Positions 8,199 to 10,453 of a DNA stretch of 10,453 nt are shown here, in pieces. Within the stretch, counting starts at the first letter, position 1, and each line of letters begins with the position of its first letter. The stretch is from Nitrospinota bacterium (GTDB taxonomy: Bacteria; UBA8248): NCBI GenBank assembly GCA_030754595.1, contig JASLZZ010000107.1, positions 1-10,453 of the forward strand, written 5' to 3'. Both the position numbers and the translations under genes were made by a program. The notes below the pieces were generated by a model. It did no database searches. It was not told the origin of the DNA and saw nothing but the letters and a program-made list of their open reading frames with translations.

Positions 8199-9095
8199 CT
8201 ATAACCCCCAATGTTCCTTGAGCAGGCGCGCGTTGAGATTCCACTGCCAACCGGCAGCGGCCTTGGGGGCGGTGCCCGCCTGGGCGCGCGCCCAGATGAG
8301 CCGGGCGCCAAGTTCTTTGGCGGCCTCGAAATCCGACCCGCCGGGCGGAGATGCCATCTCGACAACCAGCGTATCCGGGCGCACCCGGGAAAGCGCCTCC
8401 TTGTCCATCAATACCGCCGTAGCCGTCTGATAAATCACATCCATCTCGCCGATGGCATCCATATATTCTTCCATCGAAAGGGGGTGAAATCCCATCTGGA
8501 GAGCACGCGCCCGAACCTCGAGCCTTCTGGCCGCCACCCAGACCTCGGCCCCCAGTCTTCGGAGATCCCGCGCCAGCGTCACGGAAATCCGTCCAAAACC
8601 GATGACCATGCACTTCATGGTTGGAAAACATTCCTCGGTGTTTTGAATGGTAATGGCGACAACGCCCTCGGCCGTCGGAATCCCGTTCAGGATGGCGCGC
8701 TCGTCGTCTTCCTCGAACTCCTCAAGGTGAAAGCCAAGACGGCGGATAGAGTCCGTCAATTCAGCGGGTGCATGACCCACGAGAACAACGGCCCCTTTTT
8801 TGGCCAAGTTCAAGCATTCATCGGTCAGAAAAAGAGGAAAAGGCTCGTTATCGGAATAAAGGCTTCCGTCACGCCTGCTGCTGTGCACCGGAATCGGCAG
8901 GAAGATGGCATCAGCCTCCCGCACCGCATCGTCTATTGAATTTTCCTGGGGCTTTCCGGTGAACTTTTCGATCTCCGGCGGGCAACCGACCGCAGAGACT
9001 TCGAACCCCGCCTTAACGGCTTCCTCCACAATCCATATCTGTCGTCTGTCGCCTCCGAGAAAGGCCGCTTTTCGGCCTTCGAAAACCGCACTCAT
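8199..9095 (-). CDS. Dipicolinate synthase subunit A (DpaA/SpoVFA)-like NAD(P)-binding oxidoreductase, paralog 2, 298 aa
   Basis: ATG 9095 overlaps the upstream stop (ATGA). DpaA hallmarks: LGGDRRQ, DAIFLPIP, DDERAILNGIPTAEG, GFGRIS...LGAEVWVAARR...ARALQMG, EMASPPGGSDFEAAKELG, TAPKAAA. Confidence 0.85.
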   Translation of the reverse strand: MSAVFEGRKAAFLGGDRRQIWIVEEAVKAGFEVSAVGCPPEIEKFTGKPQENSIDDAVREADAIFLPIPVHSSRRDGSLYSDNEPFPLFLTDECLNLAKKGAVVLVGHAPAELTDSIRRLGFHLEEFEEDDERAILNGIPTAEGVVAITIQNTEECFPTMKCMVIGFGRISVTLARDLRRLGAEVWVAARRLEVRARALQMGFHPLSMEEYMDAIGEMDVIYQTATAVLMDKEALSRVRPDTLVVEMASPPGGSDFEAAKELGARLIWARAQAGTAPKAAAGWQWNLNARLLKEHWGL

Positions 9096-9997
9096 GACAA
9101 ACCGCCCTTCTGGAAGCGGGCAAGGATTCTCTCGCGGGAGAGATTCCATTGGTTTCTTCCGGTGAAGCGAGGGGCCGTCGCCGCCTGCCCTCTGAGCCAA
9201 TGCACAAGCACCCCTAGTTCATCGGCGGCCGTCCGGTCGGCGCTTCCGGGAGGAGATACAAGATCGATGTACACGCAATCCGGTTTCGCGCGCGAAAGCC
9301 GGTCGCGATTGAAAAATACTTGCGGAACCGTATTCACGGCAATCAGCATCTCATCCCAATGCCCGTCGATCTCACCCCAACCTAATGCGGAACAGCCCAT
9401 TTCCTGCGCCCGCGCCAGGGGAGCCAGCCGCCGCGCGGCGACAAAAACCCGCGCACCCATCGCCAGGAAAGTATGCGCCGTGGTTTCACCGACGCGGCCA
9501 AAACCGCCAATAAGAACATTGGCGTTGTGGACGGTTTCATCGGTGTGCTCAATCGCGCACCGAAGAGCACCCTCGGCTGTGGGGATGCTGTTGAAAATAG
9601 CGCATTCTTCTTCTTGCCCGATTTCTTCGATGTATATGCCGCGTGCTTCAGCGGCGGCGTGCATCTCCGGCGGAGCCCAGCCCATGATGACGATCGCGCC
9701 CTTCTCCATTTTGTCCATTGCTTCGGGGTCAAGGCGCACCGGGGAGGAAGAGAAGGGAGCATAGAGGTCGCCATTTTCGGCGAACCGAGGCATGGGACAA
9801 AATACGACGTTCGCTCCCGTGACCGCCTCGGCGGAGCTGGCGCTCATCGGGGCTTCAATGATCTCGGAAAGCTCTGAGGGACCACCGAAATATCGCACTT
9901 CGCAGCCCTCTGCGAGAAGCTTTCGGGTGATTTCAAGCTTGCGTCTGTCTCCGCCCAAAATAGCTGCTCGCAAACCGGCCAAATCCAGTTCAACCAC
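9092..9997 (-). CDS. Dipicolinate synthase subunit A (DpaA/SpoVFA)-like NAD(P)-binding oxidoreductase, paralog 1, 301 aa; first gene of the operon
   Basis: GTG start after AAGGGA. Motifs ILGGDRRKLEI, AIFNSIPTAEGA...AIEHTDETVHNANV (Bacillus DpaA, as recalled, has AIYNSIPT.EG...AIQHTD.TIHGS.V), GFGRVG, VAARR, ARAQEMG, NTVP, IDLVSPPG. Confidence 0.88.
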   Translation of the reverse strand: MVELDLAGLRAAILGGDRRKLEITRKLLAEGCEVRYFGGPSELSEIIEAPMSASSAEAVTGANVVFCPMPRFAENGDLYAPFSSSPVRLDPEAMDKMEKGAIVIMGWAPPEMHAAAEARGIYIEEIGQEEECAIFNSIPTAEGALRCAIEHTDETVHNANVLIGGFGRVGETTAHTFLAMGARVFVAARRLAPLARAQEMGCSALGWGEIDGHWDEMLIAVNTVPQVFFNRDRLSRAKPDCVYIDLVSPPGSADRTAADELGVLVHWLRGQAATAPRFTGRNQWNLSRERILARFQKGGLS

Positions 9998-10076
9998 GGA
10001 GCCATCCCTTCACCGAAAATTGCATATACCGGCTCAAATCTTCGGCTTTGACAAAATTTTGGGGGTGATTTCAAGC
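9925..10076. repeat. Exact 14-bp direct repeat GGGTGATTTCAAGC at 9925-9938 and 10063-10076
   Basis: Read directly from the sequence. One copy is in the 5' leader and the other inside the first dpaA-like CDS; the starts are 138 bp apart. Confidence 0.8.
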
Positions 10077-10091
10077 CCTTCGGGCATCCAA

Positions 10092-10135
10092 ATCATATCA
10101 AAAAGGACACATTAGTACCATTACAGTTACCTAAT
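10092..10135 (-). promoter_or_regulatory. Candidate sigma70 extended -10 promoter for the operon, with an overlapping imperfect palindrome (possible operator)
   Basis: In an AT-rich patch the minus strand reads TG-A-TATGAT (10100-10092), which fits TGnTAnnnT; the -35 match is poor. ATTAGTACCATTACAGTTACCTAAT (10111-10135) has ATTAG/CTAAT inverted arms. Confidence 0.35.
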
Positions 10136-10233
10136 AATTCTGGGCTCCGAAAAATTACATCCCCGTTCTGGCCGGGATAGGTACAGGCCGGTAATCGTGA
10201 CGAAGACCATTCAGAACCGGCCTGGAAACCACT

Positions 10234-10453
10234 GGTGCTCCGCAAAAACTCTATCTCAAATCAGGCTGCAAGAGGAACTAGCCGATAATCATGATGAAGC
10301 CCGTTCATCACCGGCCTGGAGAGCACCTTTTTCCCTTCTCCCAAGAGATGGCGATTCTCATTTACGCCTCTGGGAGCGCAACGTATCGGTTCAGGTATTC
10401 CGGGCCCCAGTGATGAATGTGGCCTACTCCGGTTATAATAGGATATCCGTTCT
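10234..10453 (-). mobile_element. Right end of an IS3/IS481-superfamily-like insertion sequence or remnant
   Basis: Transposase tail, followed about 10 nt after the stop by GAGTTTTTGCGGAGCACC (plus strand GGTGCTCCGCAAAAACTC, 10234-10251), a candidate terminal inverted repeat. The partner end lies outside the window. Confidence 0.55.
10261..10452 (-). CDS. C-terminus of an integrase-core (rve, DDE) transposase, truncated by the window edge
   Basis: My own translation (not in the ORF track): ERISYYNRSRPHSSLGPGIPEPIRCAPRGVNENRHLLGEGKKVLSRPVMNGLHHDYRLVPLAA*. YN..RPHSSLG is the IS3/IS481-type integrase-core tail, and RP..xGLHHxYR closes this transposase subgroup. Confidence 0.85.
   Translation of the reverse strand, partial: ERISYYNRSRPHSSLGPGIPEPIRCAPRGVNENRHLLGEGKKVLSRPVMNGLHHDYRLVPLAA

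Noticed and set aside
2708..8939. Long plus-strand ORFs (2708-3589, 3738-4883, 5611-6507, 7025-7618, 8211-8939)
   Set aside because: They are antisense shadows of well-supported minus-strand genes, with no recognisable motifs; expected in GC-rich coding DNA.
84..9200. N-terminal extensions in the ORF track (starts 1493, 4874, 5893, 6528, 8365, 9200)
   Set aside because: They overlap the upstream genes extensively. Downstream starts with RBS or ATGA coupling (1313, 4721, 5632, 6471, 8194, 9095) match the family N-termini.
8199..9997. Calling this a sporulation dipicolinate synthase (spoVF) locus
   Set aside because: No dpaB, asd, dapG or dapA in the window, a divergent C-terminal motif and a catabolic context, so no gene symbol was assigned.
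10184..10417. Hairpins and repeats (TGATGAA-GCCCG-TTCATCA at 10292-10310; ACCGGCCTGGA at 10216 and 10310; CAGGCCGGT at 10184) as a riboswitch or ncRNA
   Set aside because: Mostly inside the transposase coding tail, with short stems, no U-tract and no resemblance to an RNA family I can recognise.

Overview
Prokaryotic (probably bacterial) DNA of moderately high GC. Nearly the whole window is one tightly packed minus-strand operon, read from about 9997 down to the left edge. Gene order: two tandem dipicolinate synthase subunit A (DpaA/SpoVFA)-like NAD(P)-binding proteins; a FAD enzyme of the fumarate reductase/succinate dehydrogenase/L-aspartate oxidase superfamily with a remodelled active site; a NitT/TauT (SsuABC/TauABC-type) ABC importer (ATPase, permease, binding protein); two tandem metal-independent M24 'pita-bread' hydrolases resembling ectoine hydrolase EutD/DoeA; an ArgE/DapE-type M20 deacylase; and the first 14 codons of a further gene. 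At the right edge is the 3' end of an integrase-core (rve) transposase that the ORF track missed. The most striking feature is that DpaA, known as a spore dipicolinate enzyme paired with DpaB, appears here duplicated, with no dpaB or sporulation genes in the window, inside an uptake-plus-catabolism operon. I infer an undescribed pathway for an N-heterocyclic or cyclic amidine carboxylate (import, ring redox, ring opening, deacylation). The substrate cannot be determined from sequence. Family assignments come from recalled motifs, not database searches.
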